DNA of 64,000 bases, from the NCBI GenBank assembly GCA_038231435.1, contig JBBRLJ010000026.1, positions 4,991 to 68,990 of the forward strand, read 5' to 3'. The DNA comes from Planctomycetota bacterium (GTDB taxonomy: Bacteria; Planctomycetota; UBA11346). Numbering within the stretch: position 1 is the first letter of the stretch; every line of letters starts with the position of its first letter. Below the pieces are notes generated by a model. That model was not told the origin of the DNA. It searched no databases and worked only from the letters and a program-made list of their open reading frames with translations. Below are positions 22,586 to 31,195 of the stretch, piece after piece. The translations under genes and the position numbers were made by a program.

Positions 22586-23995
22586 TCACGGCGCGAAGAC
22601 CAGGCTCCGCACATGCTCATTCACCGTGAACCTGCCTAAAGCGGTGTCACCGATCGTGTTCCCGTTGAACGTGAGGTGCCTGATCAGGATGTCCTCGACC
22701 AGATGGGTGGGATCCGCGCCGGTCAGCTCGGATGCAGGCATCGTAGCGCCCGTCACCGCGATGTCGCTGAACACCACGCCGCGCACGTGCCCGCGCTCGG
22801 CATCCTTGCCGAAGACATTCTTGCCGATCCACACCTTGATCAGCTGGTGGCGCACGTCATCGAGCCGTATCCCCTCGAAGCGGATGTCGCTGATGGTCCC
22901 GGAATCGGCCACGAAGACCACCAGCGACGCGACGCCCCAGTCGTGGATCATGTCGCAGTCGGTGAAGCGCACGCCGCTCGCGTCGGCCTGGGTCTCGTAG
23001 GTGACGCCGATGCCGAAATTGCGTTCGTTCCAGATCACGCAGTCCTTCACCAGCACGTTCCCCGCCGCTTGCCTGCCCTTGAAGCATTTGACGCAGATCT
23101 CGTCGTCGTTGGTGCGCATGAAGCAGTGCTCGACCAGCACATCCTGGACGTTCACCAGATTCAGGCCGTCGCTGTTCTCGCGGTGGCCGATGGCCTTGAC
23201 GTTGTCGATGTGCGCATGCGTGCTGTTCAGCTGCGGCATGCACCAGCTCGGCGAGTCCTTGATGATGATGCCTTCCACCTCGACATGGGTGCAATTGACG
23301 AATGCGATCGGCGATTTCGACTGCCACGGCAGCCGGCTGCAATCGAGGATGCCCCGCCCGCGCACCGTCGCCTTGTCGGCGTTCTTGAACACCAGCAGGT
23401 TGGCGTAGACCGGATTGCCCGCCCAATTGTGCTCGACGATCGGCTTTTCGCCTGCGCCGAGCCTGGCGCGCACCACAGCGCCCCCGGCGATATAGATGGT
23501 CTTGCCGCTACCGAAGTCGGGCATGACGCTCAGGTCGTGGATGCCGGGACCGAAATACAGCACATCGGGGTCGTCCTGGCGGGGCGGATCCACCTCGGGA
23601 GGACTCGCGAACAGCAGCAGGGGCCGCTCGGCCCCGTTTATCTCGACGCTCAGGTTTCCCGGCTTGGACAGCGTGAACGTCACCATCCCGCCGGCCACCC
23701 TCGCAACGATGCCGGAGGACGACGGACGCACAGAGACGCTCTGGATCGCTGCCTTGGGCGTGACCTCGACGGTGACTGAACCCGAGACATCGAAATACGC
23801 GAACGACGCCGGCCCACCATTCAGCACATCGGCCGAATACACGAACACCGGCTTCCCGTCGACGGTGACGGAGTAGTCCGACGATCCGGGTTCGCCCTCG
23901 GGACCTGGATAGGTGGTGACCGCGGCGTCAGCGGCTCCGTGACCGAGCCATCCGCATACGACGATCAGCAGGATGAGCGGAGCGGTGCGGGACAT
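22586..23995 (-). CDS. secreted right-handed beta-helix glycoside hydrolase (GH28-like, pectin-lyase fold)
   Basis: ORF trimmed to the ATG at 23995 (GGAGG upstream), signal peptide MSRTAPLILLIVVCGWLGHGAADA. GH28-type motifs NSDG (GHRENSDGLNL), DD (RTNDDEICVK), and repeated hydrophobic beta-helix rungs. Confidence 0.55.
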   Translation of the reverse strand: MSRTAPLILLIVVCGWLGHGAADAAVTTYPGPEGEPGSSDYSVTVDGKPVFVYSADVLNGGPASFAYFDVSGSVTVEVTPKAAIQSVSVRPSSSGIVARVAGGMVTFTLSKPGNLSVEINGAERPLLLFASPPEVDPPRQDDPDVLYFGPGIHDLSVMPDFGSGKTIYIAGGAVVRARLGAGEKPIVEHNWAGNPVYANLLVFKNADKATVRGRGILDCSRLPWQSKSPIAFVNCTHVEVEGIIIKDSPSWCMPQLNSTHAHIDNVKAIGHRENSDGLNLVNVQDVLVEHCFMRTNDDEICVKCFKGRQAAGNVLVKDCVIWNERNFGIGVTYETQADASGVRFTDCDMIHDWGVASLVVFVADSGTISDIRFEGIRLDDVRHQLIKVWIGKNVFGKDAERGHVRGVVFSDIAVTGATMPASELTGADPTHLVEDILIRHLTFNGNTIGDTALGRFTVNEHVRSLVFAP

Positions 23996-24126
23996 GGGCG
24001 CCTCCGTGGATCGCGCATGAACGGTCGGATCCCACGACGCGCGATCAAGGGCGGCTCCATCGGCTGATCGACCTGTCGGGACATCGGCAGCCCGTGAACG
24101 GCTTCCACGCTCACGAGTTTGCCGTT

Positions 24127-24894
24127 TCACGTCCCGGGCAGGTCCATCCTGCGCGCCACCTCCATGACGATGCCGTGCATGGTTCCTTCCAACGAACGCT
24201 CGACGGGCGAGGTGGCCGCGGCATGGAAGGTGAAGCGCGGCGGCGGATGCTTGCCCAGCTTGATGAGGGCGTCCATGCCGACGCTCGCATCGTACGTCGC
24301 ATGGATGGGATTGCCGTCGACCACCCAGATGGATGCGAGGGTGGGTCCACCGAGAAAATCCAGCCGTCCGCTCTTCTTGCCCACCTTGAAGAACTGCAGC
24401 AGCTCGATGAAACCGTCTCCCGGCACCTCGCCCGAGAAGGTCCCCCCGCCGCTGGCGACGTCCTGCAGTCGCGGCGCGTGACCGCGGGTCTCGATCGCGC
24501 CGAGCTGCGGCGCGACCTCGCCAAGCGTCGACGGATCCACGCCTGGCGGCAACAGGTGGAGCCGGAAGACGTGGCCGCCGATCTGTAGCTGGAAACCATC
24601 ATCCAGCTGCATCGGGCCAGAGATCCGCGCGCTGTTGACGAAGACCCCGTTGCGGCTGCCGAGATCGTGGATCTCCCAGAACGCGTCGGGATTCCACCGC
24701 AGCTCGGCGTGCCGCCGCGATACCAGCGCGTCCGGGAGCACGATGTCGACGCCTTCGTCGCGACCGAACACGTACAGACGCTCGGGGCGGAGGCGATGAG
24801 CGCGCAGCGCGGCAGAGATGAGGTAGTAGTCGATGGTCATCGGTAGCGGTACGTCATTGGTCATTGGTTGATGAACCCGATCGTCGTTCTCCAT
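24127..24894 (-). CDS. FHA domain protein with C-terminal DUF4388 (PatA-like) domain
   Basis: FHA: LYVFGRDEGVDIVLPDALVSRRHAELRWNPDAFWEIHDLGSRNGVFVN. C-terminus FIELLQFFKVGKKSGRLDF is DUF4388-like. Start uncertain; alternative Mets at codons 11 and 19. Confidence 0.6.
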   Translation of the reverse strand: MENDDRVHQPMTNDVPLPMTIDYYLISAALRAHRLRPERLYVFGRDEGVDIVLPDALVSRRHAELRWNPDAFWEIHDLGSRNGVFVNSARISGPMQLDDGFQLQIGGHVFRLHLLPPGVDPSTLGEVAPQLGAIETRGHAPRLQDVASGGGTFSGEVPGDGFIELLQFFKVGKKSGRLDFLGGPTLASIWVVDGNPIHATYDASVGMDALIKLGKHPPPRFTFHAAATSPVERSLEGTMHGIVMEVARRMDLPGT

Positions 24895-25240
24895 CGGCTA
24901 CAGGGAAGCACATCCCTGGCGCGGACGCCCACCCCTTCGATAACGTCGCTCGGCCCGCGGGCGCCAATCCCGACTTTCACGACTCCGCTGTTCGAGTCGG
25001 AGCCGTCAAATTCCCAACCTGTCGGGATTGGTCGAGCCGCCCCGCCGTCGGACGCGTCAGATCATTCGACCCGGTTTGTAGAAGGTTCGATAACCGAAGT
25101 CGGACTCCCATGGCTGTCTATGGTCGCCATTCCTAGGATTGAGCTACCACCACGTGACGAACACCATCCGACCAACGCCCAGCTACGCGCATCGCGCTTG
25201 GTATCCCTTCAGGAAGCACTAGCGACGCAATCCCCGCTAG

Positions 25241-25459
25241 ATGACTCCTCACAAGCGCGCCCTCGAGATCCACATGCCTACTGATATGCCCCCGCAACCG
25301 TCACTCTCCGATGCATCACCAGCTCGCGATGACCAACGCTGCGGCACCGGCATCGGCCTGGCCACGTGCACGAAGATCATCGATTTCCACGGCGGCCGCA
25401 TCTGGGTGGAGTCGACCGAATCGCTCGGCTCGATCTTCTTCTTCTCGCTCCCGAAATAG
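25241..25459 (+). pseudogene. C-terminal remnant of a histidine kinase (G2-box and tail only, 72 codons)
   Basis: ...[39 protein letters not shown] parallels the C-terminus of the intact kinases. Nothing kinase-like lies upstream. Confidence 0.6.
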
Positions 25460-25466
25460 CCGCCGT

Positions 25467-25661
25467 TCAGGTCTGCACGCAGCTGTCCGGTACCTGCTCG
25501 AACATCGAGAAAGACTTGCCGACCTCGCGGGTGAAGGCGGTGAACAGCGCGCGCGCATCGAACTCCGCGCCCGGGATGGCCTCGCGCACCACCTTCTCGA
25601 GAACGCGACGCATGTCGGGGGCGAGGTGGTCGATGATCTTTTCCGGGTTGACGCGCGCCAT
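25467..25661 (-). CDS. small hypothetical protein (64 aa)
   Basis: ORF 25467..25841 trimmed to MARVNPEKIIDHLAPDMRRVLEKVVREAIPGAEF..., with GGAG 5 bp upstream. The N-terminal extension is Pro/Gly-rich and implausible. Confidence 0.3.
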   Translation of the reverse strand: MARVNPEKIIDHLAPDMRRVLEKVVREAIPGAEFDARALFTAFTREVGKSFSMFEQVPDSCVQT

Positions 25662-25911
25662 GTGGGCTCCGATCTGGGCAGGTGCGGGTTGGCTGGAACC
25701 CGGATCATCGGTGGGGTTCCCAGGCATGCACGTCACTCGGTCGGCAGGGCTGCCGACCCGACAACCTGCGACCAGTAGCACGGGGGGCTCCTCGAATTGA
25801 GGAGCGATTGAGATGCAACGAGCCCTCGCATTACCGCCCAAAGGAGAGTCGCCGGTGCTGAAATCGTCCTAAAGCCCGAATTGCCCCGCACGCACACCAC
25901 ATTGGCATGGC

Positions 25912-26790
25912 GTGAGTCGCTCGGCGTTCGCTAGCCTGCCGATCCTCGGAGACCCCATGCACATCCGTTTCCTGTTGGCGGCTTCGCCCACGGATCTCTT
26001 CTCTGCCCCGAGCCTGGCAGTCGAGGACCGCGAGCGCATACCAGAGGTTGGCGATGCCTACGACGACGACGCCGGCAGCTATCGAGCGGTCAAGGTGCTT
26101 CAGGATGTCGATCCCGCCCACGGCAGCACCCTACGCGGAGCGGTGGTCTACATGGTGCGCGTAGACCAGGGGCCATCCGCGGCGCTGCGTGGGAAGATTC
26201 CACTTTCGGTCCTGCTCAACACCGCGAGTGCCCTGCGCGCCTGCATGGAGCGCGCCGAAGCCGCACGTCGCGGTGGACGTTCGGAGCAGTATCGCCGCCA
26301 TATCGAGGAATTCCTCTTTCTCAGCAACACGGTGGCGCGGCTCATCGGGCCGAGATCGGCGCCCGATCCCTTGCCCTATGTGCCGGTGTACAGCGAGAAC
26401 ACCGGCCTCGTCCGCCTCCTGCGCGAGGGTCTGATCGAAACAAGCTTCGCAGCGCAGGTCGAGGCCGTTCATTCCCTTCCCACGCTGGCTTGGGTGCTTC
26501 AGCGCATGGATCCATCGCGTCCGTCACTGTTCATCGTCACCGAACCGGTCACCCTCCATCGTGGAATAGCGGCGATTCGCGCCATCCGCGAGCACGCGCA
26601 CGGCGCCGACTGCCCGATCCTGGTCCTCGCCCATCAGCAGCGCGCGAGCGATGAGCGATTGGCTCGCGTTGCCGGGGCCAATGCCTATGCCGAGTTCCCC
26701 GCCGCGATCGACCAGTTCCCGAGGCTCGCCGAGCGCATCGTGGCGCTGATCCGTCCGGGCTCGGAGCGGTCGGAAACGCGGATGGCCTAG
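25912..26790 (+). CDS. hypothetical protein with C-terminal receiver-like (pseudo-receiver?) domain
   Basis: C-terminal SLFIVTEPVTLHRGIAAIRAIREH...CPILVLAHQQRASDERLARVAGANAYAEFP has a receiver-like beta-alpha pattern without the canonical Asp. N-terminal half unassigned. Confidence 0.4.
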   Translation: MSRSAFASLPILGDPMHIRFLLAASPTDLFSAPSLAVEDRERIPEVGDAYDDDAGSYRAVKVLQDVDPAHGSTLRGAVVYMVRVDQGPSAALRGKIPLSVLLNTASALRACMERAEAARRGGRSEQYRRHIEEFLFLSNTVARLIGPRSAPDPLPYVPVYSENTGLVRLLREGLIETSFAAQVEAVHSLPTLAWVLQRMDPSRPSLFIVTEPVTLHRGIAAIRAIREHAHGADCPILVLAHQQRASDERLARVAGANAYAEFPAAIDQFPRLAERIVALIRPGSERSETRMA

Positions 26791-27058
26791 AAGCTGTCCA
26801 GGCGTGGCGATCCGGCTTCCGTCTCCGATTGGGCAGACCGTGATCCCGACGGGCTTTGCGCAGCGGACACCCCGCTTCCCCGATTCGCCACCTGAGCCTG
26901 CTCGTAGGCAACGTTCCACAAGCCTGCGTAGCGAGCTGGATCGAGCGGCTTCGCTGGGTTATCGCTGGGATATCGCATCGAACCTGCATTCGCCAACGCG
27001 GTGACGTGTGGTAGTGGTCGTCCCACGATGTACCGTTTGGGATGGCGGAGGCCCCCAG

Positions 27059-27526
27059 ATGAGCACCTCGATCACCGACGGCACCGATGACGTCTCCGAC
27101 ATCGCGGATCCCACGGGATTCAACTGCACGCAGATCCTGCTCGCCGACGACAACGCTGGAGACTGCGCGCTGCTCCAGGAAGCCTTCAGCGAGGCCGGGA
27201 TCGCCGCGCGCTTCGTCGTGGCCCGCAATGGCATCGAGGCGATGGAGCTTCTGGCCCGAGGCGCTGGAGGCTTCCACTTGCTGATCCTGGACATAAAGTT
27301 GCCGGGCATGAATGGCGCGAACATCCTCGACCATGTGAAGCAGCGCGCGGACCTCGGAGGCCTGGTAACGTACATGATGACGCAATCGGATTCGCCCGCC
27401 CACCGCGCGCGCTGCAGCGCGGCCGATGGGTACTTCACCAAGGCTCACGATTGGTCCGGGTGCGTCGCGACCGCGCGCGCCATCGCTGCTCGCTTTAAAT
27501 CCGGCATGACAGGCCTCACTCCTTGA
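27059..27526 (+). CDS. single-domain response regulator (CheY-like receiver)
   Basis: ILLADDNAGDCALL...LLILDIKLPGMNGANIL...YMMTQSD. Confidence 0.7.
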   Translation: MSTSITDGTDDVSDIADPTGFNCTQILLADDNAGDCALLQEAFSEAGIAARFVVARNGIEAMELLARGAGGFHLLILDIKLPGMNGANILDHVKQRADLGGLVTYMMTQSDSPAHRARCSAADGYFTKAHDWSGCVATARAIAARFKSGMTGLTP

Positions 27527-28074
27527 CCAACACCACCAACACCCACATCCCCACCATCGTCTACGTCGAGGACAACGTCGGCGACGCGCTGCTGCTCGAG
27601 GAGGCGCTGCGCGAACGCGGGCATGCCACCCAGCTGCTGGTGATCGAGAAGGGCGACAAGGCGCTGCATTACTTCCAGATCAAGGAGAGCGCGCGCGATC
27701 TGCCGCCGCCGCACTGCATCCTGCTCGACGCGCACCTGCCGATCGTCACCGGCGCGCAGCTGCTGCGTTTCATCCGCGGCTCGCGGGTCTACGACGACAC
27801 CCCGGTGTACATCTTCGCGGCCGAGAAGGAGTACCAAGACATCGTCGCTTCGAGAGTGGTCTCGAAGGAGAGCTTCATCACCAAATCCAAGTCCTGGGCA
27901 GGCTTCCTCGAATTGGCGGATCTGCTCATGCGCAGCGCGACGGCAAAGCAGAAAGACGTGGCCGCGTCCCCCACCGACTCCAAGCCCGAGGTGCATGCGG
28001 AAGGCGACCTCCGCCGCCACGACACCAAGGAGCAGCGCCAGCGGGCCGATACGCCGCCGTCTCCGCAGACCTGA
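27523..28074 (+). CDS. single-domain response regulator (receiver) with charged C-terminal tail
   Basis: TTG start overlapping the upstream TGA (TTGA). IVYVEDNVGDALLLEEAL...ILLDAHLPIVTGAQLL. Confidence 0.65.
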   Translation: MTNTTNTHIPTIVYVEDNVGDALLLEEALRERGHATQLLVIEKGDKALHYFQIKESARDLPPPHCILLDAHLPIVTGAQLLRFIRGSRVYDDTPVYIFAAEKEYQDIVASRVVSKESFITKSKSWAGFLELADLLMRSATAKQKDVAASPTDSKPEVHAEGDLRRHDTKEQRQRADTPPSPQT

Positions 28075-28241
28075 ACGGCGTTATGCCGGGTCCAACCCGA
28101 GCAAGAGAGAGACGATCGCGCCGCATTGCGGTGCAGACGATGCGCGCAGTGGCACATTAAACCACTCTGTCTAAGAGTTTTTCGAAAAGATACGTGGGCG
28201 GGATGCCGATCCCAATAACCCATGGGAACCCCTAGGGACCC

Positions 28242-30173
28242 ATGAACACAAACCGTCGTTTCAACCAACTCTCAAGCCACGCCTCGCGGTGGACATTCCT
28301 CCATCTCGCCTTGCTCATGCTGGTCGCATCGGCCCCGCTGTCCGCGGCGGCCACGGTCACCTGGGGCGGCACCACCGGCGCCGGCTCGAACACGTTGTGG
28401 AGCAACAATCTCAATTGGGATGGCGCGGTGCTTCCCGCCACCGGGGACATCGTGGTCTTCCCCGCCATGCCGACCATTCCCGGCGCGTACACGGTGACCT
28501 ACGACGTCGCCCTCGGACTGTCGCTCGCGCAGATCAACATCTACACCCCGGCGTCAGGCTCGTGGACGGTGACCGTCACCGGCTCGCCCAGCCCGCTGGT
28601 GCCGCTCGCGCTCAACATCCACGGTCCCACCATCGCCAACGTCTCGGCGCCGATGGACATCGTGACCGGAACCACCCTGGCTGTCGCGGTGGACAATCTC
28701 AGCACGCTCAACCTGCTCGGCGTCATCTCCGGCCCCGCGGGCGGATTCCTGCTCTTCTCTGGACCATTCGATTCCACCATGGCCGGCTCCCTGCCCAACA
28801 CCTTCCTGGGGACCACCACCGTCCAGGCCGGCATGCTGAACCTCAGCAAGACTGGCGGCGCGACCTCGATCGCCGGACCGCTGATGATCAACAACGGTGC
28901 GGCCAACGTCGTCACCCTCGCCGGCGCCGCCAACGCGATCGCCAACTCGGTCGAAGTCACGGTCGCCTCGGGCGCCACGCTCGACCTCACCAATGCCGCC
29001 GGCACCGATCAGACGCCGAACAACGAAACCATCGGCGCGCTCCTCGGCGCTGGCAACGTCGTCCTCGGCGCGCAGACCCTCGGCGTCGCGCTCAGCAACA
29101 CTCCGACCACCTTCAGCGGCGTCGTCTCAGGCACCGGCGGTCTGCGCAAGAGCGGCACCGGCACCCAGCGCCTCTCGGGCGCGAACAGCTATACCGGCGC
29201 CACCACCGTCACCAACGGCGCGCTGACCGTGGTCGGCCTGCAGGCCGCATCGGCGGTCGCCCTCAACCTGGGCACCTTGAAGATCGCCGACAACGGCCTG
29301 GTCGGCGCGCTCAGTTCGACCAGCGCCACCGGCCTGAACGCCCTGGTGATCGGCAACGAGCCCGCCTCCACCAATACCGCGCGCAGCGGCGACCTGAACC
29401 TCAGCGGCGCGGGTGCGAACACCTCGCGGCTCGATGTCTTCACCGGGCCGGCCGCCGCCAATTCGACCCTGACCGTGACCGGCACCGTGAACCTCACCGG
29501 TGCGACTCTGCGCGTGAACACCGCCTCCTTCACCCCGGCCGTGAGCTCGGTGTGGACGATCATCGACAACGACCTGGCCGATCCGGTCGTCGGCACCTTC
29601 CTTGGTCTCGCCGAGGGAGCGACGGTGACCTCGGTCACCAACACCGGCACCACCTTCACCATCAGCTATCTCGGCAATCCCGCGGGCTCCGGTAACGACG
29701 TCACCCTTACGGTGGTGATGGTCGCGGCGGACAGCACGCCGCCGACGGTCACCTCGGTCGCCCCGGGCGGAGTCACCGCCACCGGCGCCAACGTCTCCTG
29801 GACGACCAACGAACCCAGCGACAGCCAGGTCGAATACGGCACCACCACCGCCTACGGCAGCAGCACCACGCTCGCGACCGCGCTGGTCACCTCGCACACG
29901 GTGGCGGTGAGCGGCCTGTCGCCGAGCACCGTGTACCACTACCGCGTGCTCAGCTCGGACGCCTCGGGCAACCTCACCACCAGCGCCGACAGCACCTTCA
30001 CCACCCCGGCCGGCAGCGGCTCGGGCAGTGCGACCGCCGGCAGCACCACCGCCGGCACCACCGGAGCGGCCACCACGCCGGTGTCGACCCATCACAGCTC
30101 GTGCGGCTTCGGCGGCGGCGGTCTCGCCATCCTGCTGACGCTCGGGCTGTTCGCCGCGCGCCGCAAGACCTGA
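28242..30173 (+). CDS. secreted autotransporter-associated beta-strand-repeat protein with FN3/PAP-N-like domain and C-terminal Gly-rich/TM/basic sorting signal
   Basis: Signal peptide. Repeated NxxxYTGxTTVxxGxL units (ANSYTGATTVTNGALTV etc.). PTVTSVAP...SQVEYGTTTAYG...YHYRV (FN3 / purple-acid-phosphatase N-terminus like). C-terminus HHSSCGFGGGGLAILLTLGLFAARRKT. Confidence 0.7.
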   Translation: MNTNRRFNQLSSHASRWTFLHLALLMLVASAPLSAAATVTWGGTTGAGSNTLWSNNLNWDGAVLPATGDIVVFPAMPTIPGAYTVTYDVALGLSLAQINIYTPASGSWTVTVTGSPSPLVPLALNIHGPTIANVSAPMDIVTGTTLAVAVDNLSTLNLLGVISGPAGGFLLFSGPFDSTMAGSLPNTFLGTTTVQAGMLNLSKTGGATSIAGPLMINNGAANVVTLAGAANAIANSVEVTVASGATLDLTNAAGTDQTPNNETIGALLGAGNVVLGAQTLGVALSNTPTTFSGVVSGTGGLRKSGTGTQRLSGANSYTGATTVTNGALTVVGLQAASAVALNLGTLKIADNGLVGALSSTSATGLNALVIGNEPASTNTARSGDLNLSGAGANTSRLDVFTGPAAANSTLTVTGTVNLTGATLRVNTASFTPAVSSVWTIIDNDLADPVVGTFLGLAEGATVTSVTNTGTTFTISYLGNPAGSGNDVTLTVVMVAADSTPPTVTSVAPGGVTATGANVSWTTNEPSDSQVEYGTTTAYGSSTTLATALVTSHTVAVSGLSPSTVYHYRVLSSDASGNLTTSADSTFTTPAGSGSGSATAGSTTAGTTGAATTPVSTHHSSCGFGGGGLAILLTLGLFAARRKT

Positions 30174-30206
30174 AGCATCTCTGTACGATTTCTCTCCGAC
30201 ATGGAC

Positions 30207-30241
30207 CACCCGGGCGTATGCCCGGGTGGTCTTTTCTTGTC
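30207..30241 (+). terminator. rho-independent terminator
   Basis: CCACCCGGGC-gtat-GCCCGGGTGG followed by tcttttcttgt, 34 bp after the stop at 30173. Confidence 0.6.
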
Positions 30242-30435
30242 CTGTATCTGAATCTGACGACTGATCGAAATCTGACGTGAAGATGATGGGAGGATGATGG
30301 GGCGCCAGGTGCGTGGGCGCTGGGAGATGCTGCGTACGGCGGGGCGTTGGCGGCGTGGACGTCGATGGAAAGGCGTTTCCTGACGTGGGGGCGGCCGGCA
30401 GTAGGTATGATGATCGAATAGAACGGAGGTGCGTC

Positions 30436-30672
30436 GTGCACACCCTTCATCCCATCAATCCCAGCAAGAACGTCTCAGAGGACACCTCACCCGCAGAACG
30501 CACCCGCCGCAACATCGTCATGGCTGGGTGGTGGCTCGCTGCCGCGCTGGTAAGCGGAGGAATCGGCTGGGCCGTAGCGCATTGGACACCGATCCCGCTG
30601 GCCATGGCGCCAGTGTTCGCCGTGGTGGCCCTGGGCTATGCGATCATGGCAGGCGCCTCCAACCGCCAGTAG
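30436..30672 (+). CDS. small two-TM membrane protein (hypothetical)
   Basis: MAGWWLAAALVSGGIGWAVAHW...LAMAPVFAVVALGYAIMAG. GTG start at 30436 or ATG at 30508. GC3 moderately high. Confidence 0.3.
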   Translation: MHTLHPINPSKNVSEDTSPAERTRRNIVMAGWWLAAALVSGGIGWAVAHWTPIPLAMAPVFAVVALGYAIMAGASNRQ

Positions 30673-30769
30673 CGTCCGGAGCCCGGGAATTGTCGGGAGT
30701 TCCGTGTGCGCTGGGCATAATGTAGGGCCCGGGAAATCCGCCACGCCAGCGCTCGAACGAGCGGAAGAG

Positions 30770-31129
30770 GTGTCCGTGCTCTACCAGACCAGCTCCAGCG
30801 CATCGATCCACCCGAGCATCGAAGGCCTCGTGGCCATGATCGCCGGCGGAACCACGAACTCGTCCGAGCAGAACGCCAAGCTCCGTGACCTGTGCGTGCG
30901 CAAGATGCGCAGCTACCGCGAAGACGTCTACCTGAAGCGCTACACCACACCGATCGACCTGGCCTCGGCCAGGGATCGCTGGCAGACGGTCAGCGCCTTC
31001 GCCAACAGCGCGCCCGCAAAGGTGCTGCCGATGGTCATGCCGAAAGTACTATCGCCAAAGGCAATGTTGCCGAAAGCACTGATGCCCAAAGCACTGATGA
31101 AAGTGCAGCCGACTCCCAAGTCGCGCTGA
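30770..31129 (+). CDS. small hypothetical protein with C-terminal (M/L)PKAL repeats
   Basis: High GC3 in the first 80 codons supports coding. GTG starts at 30770 and 30776 after AAGAGG. The tail is encoded by 15-bp tandem repeats (gccgaaagcactgat / gcccaaagcactgat) with A-ending Lys codons. Confidence 0.3.
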   Translation: MSVLYQTSSSASIHPSIEGLVAMIAGGTTNSSEQNAKLRDLCVRKMRSYREDVYLKRYTTPIDLASARDRWQTVSAFANSAPAKVLPMVMPKVLSPKAMLPKALMPKALMKVQPTPKSR

Positions 31130-31195
31130 CCACTGACGCCAGAAGCCCCAAGGCTTCCGCTGCCGCTCACCTGCTCCTCGAAGCTGCCTGGGCCG

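Noticed and set aside
22676-23779. 367-aa plus-strand ORF inside the GH28-like gene
   Set aside because: Low-complexity (D/H/A/V/R-rich) antisense of a motif-bearing gene. A typical high-GC shadow ORF.
25085-25105. tRNA-like T-loop (AGGTTCGATAACC)
   Set aside because: No complementary T-stem, acceptor stem or anticodon arm could be built. No tRNA, tmRNA or rRNA genes are evident anywhere in the window.
18340-25459. Genomic-island hypothesis (integration into the 3' end of a kinase gene)
   Set aside because: The two HK 3' ends flanking the block are paralogous but not identical at the DNA level, and no integrase, transposase or direct repeats were found. Kept only as a weak note in the findings.
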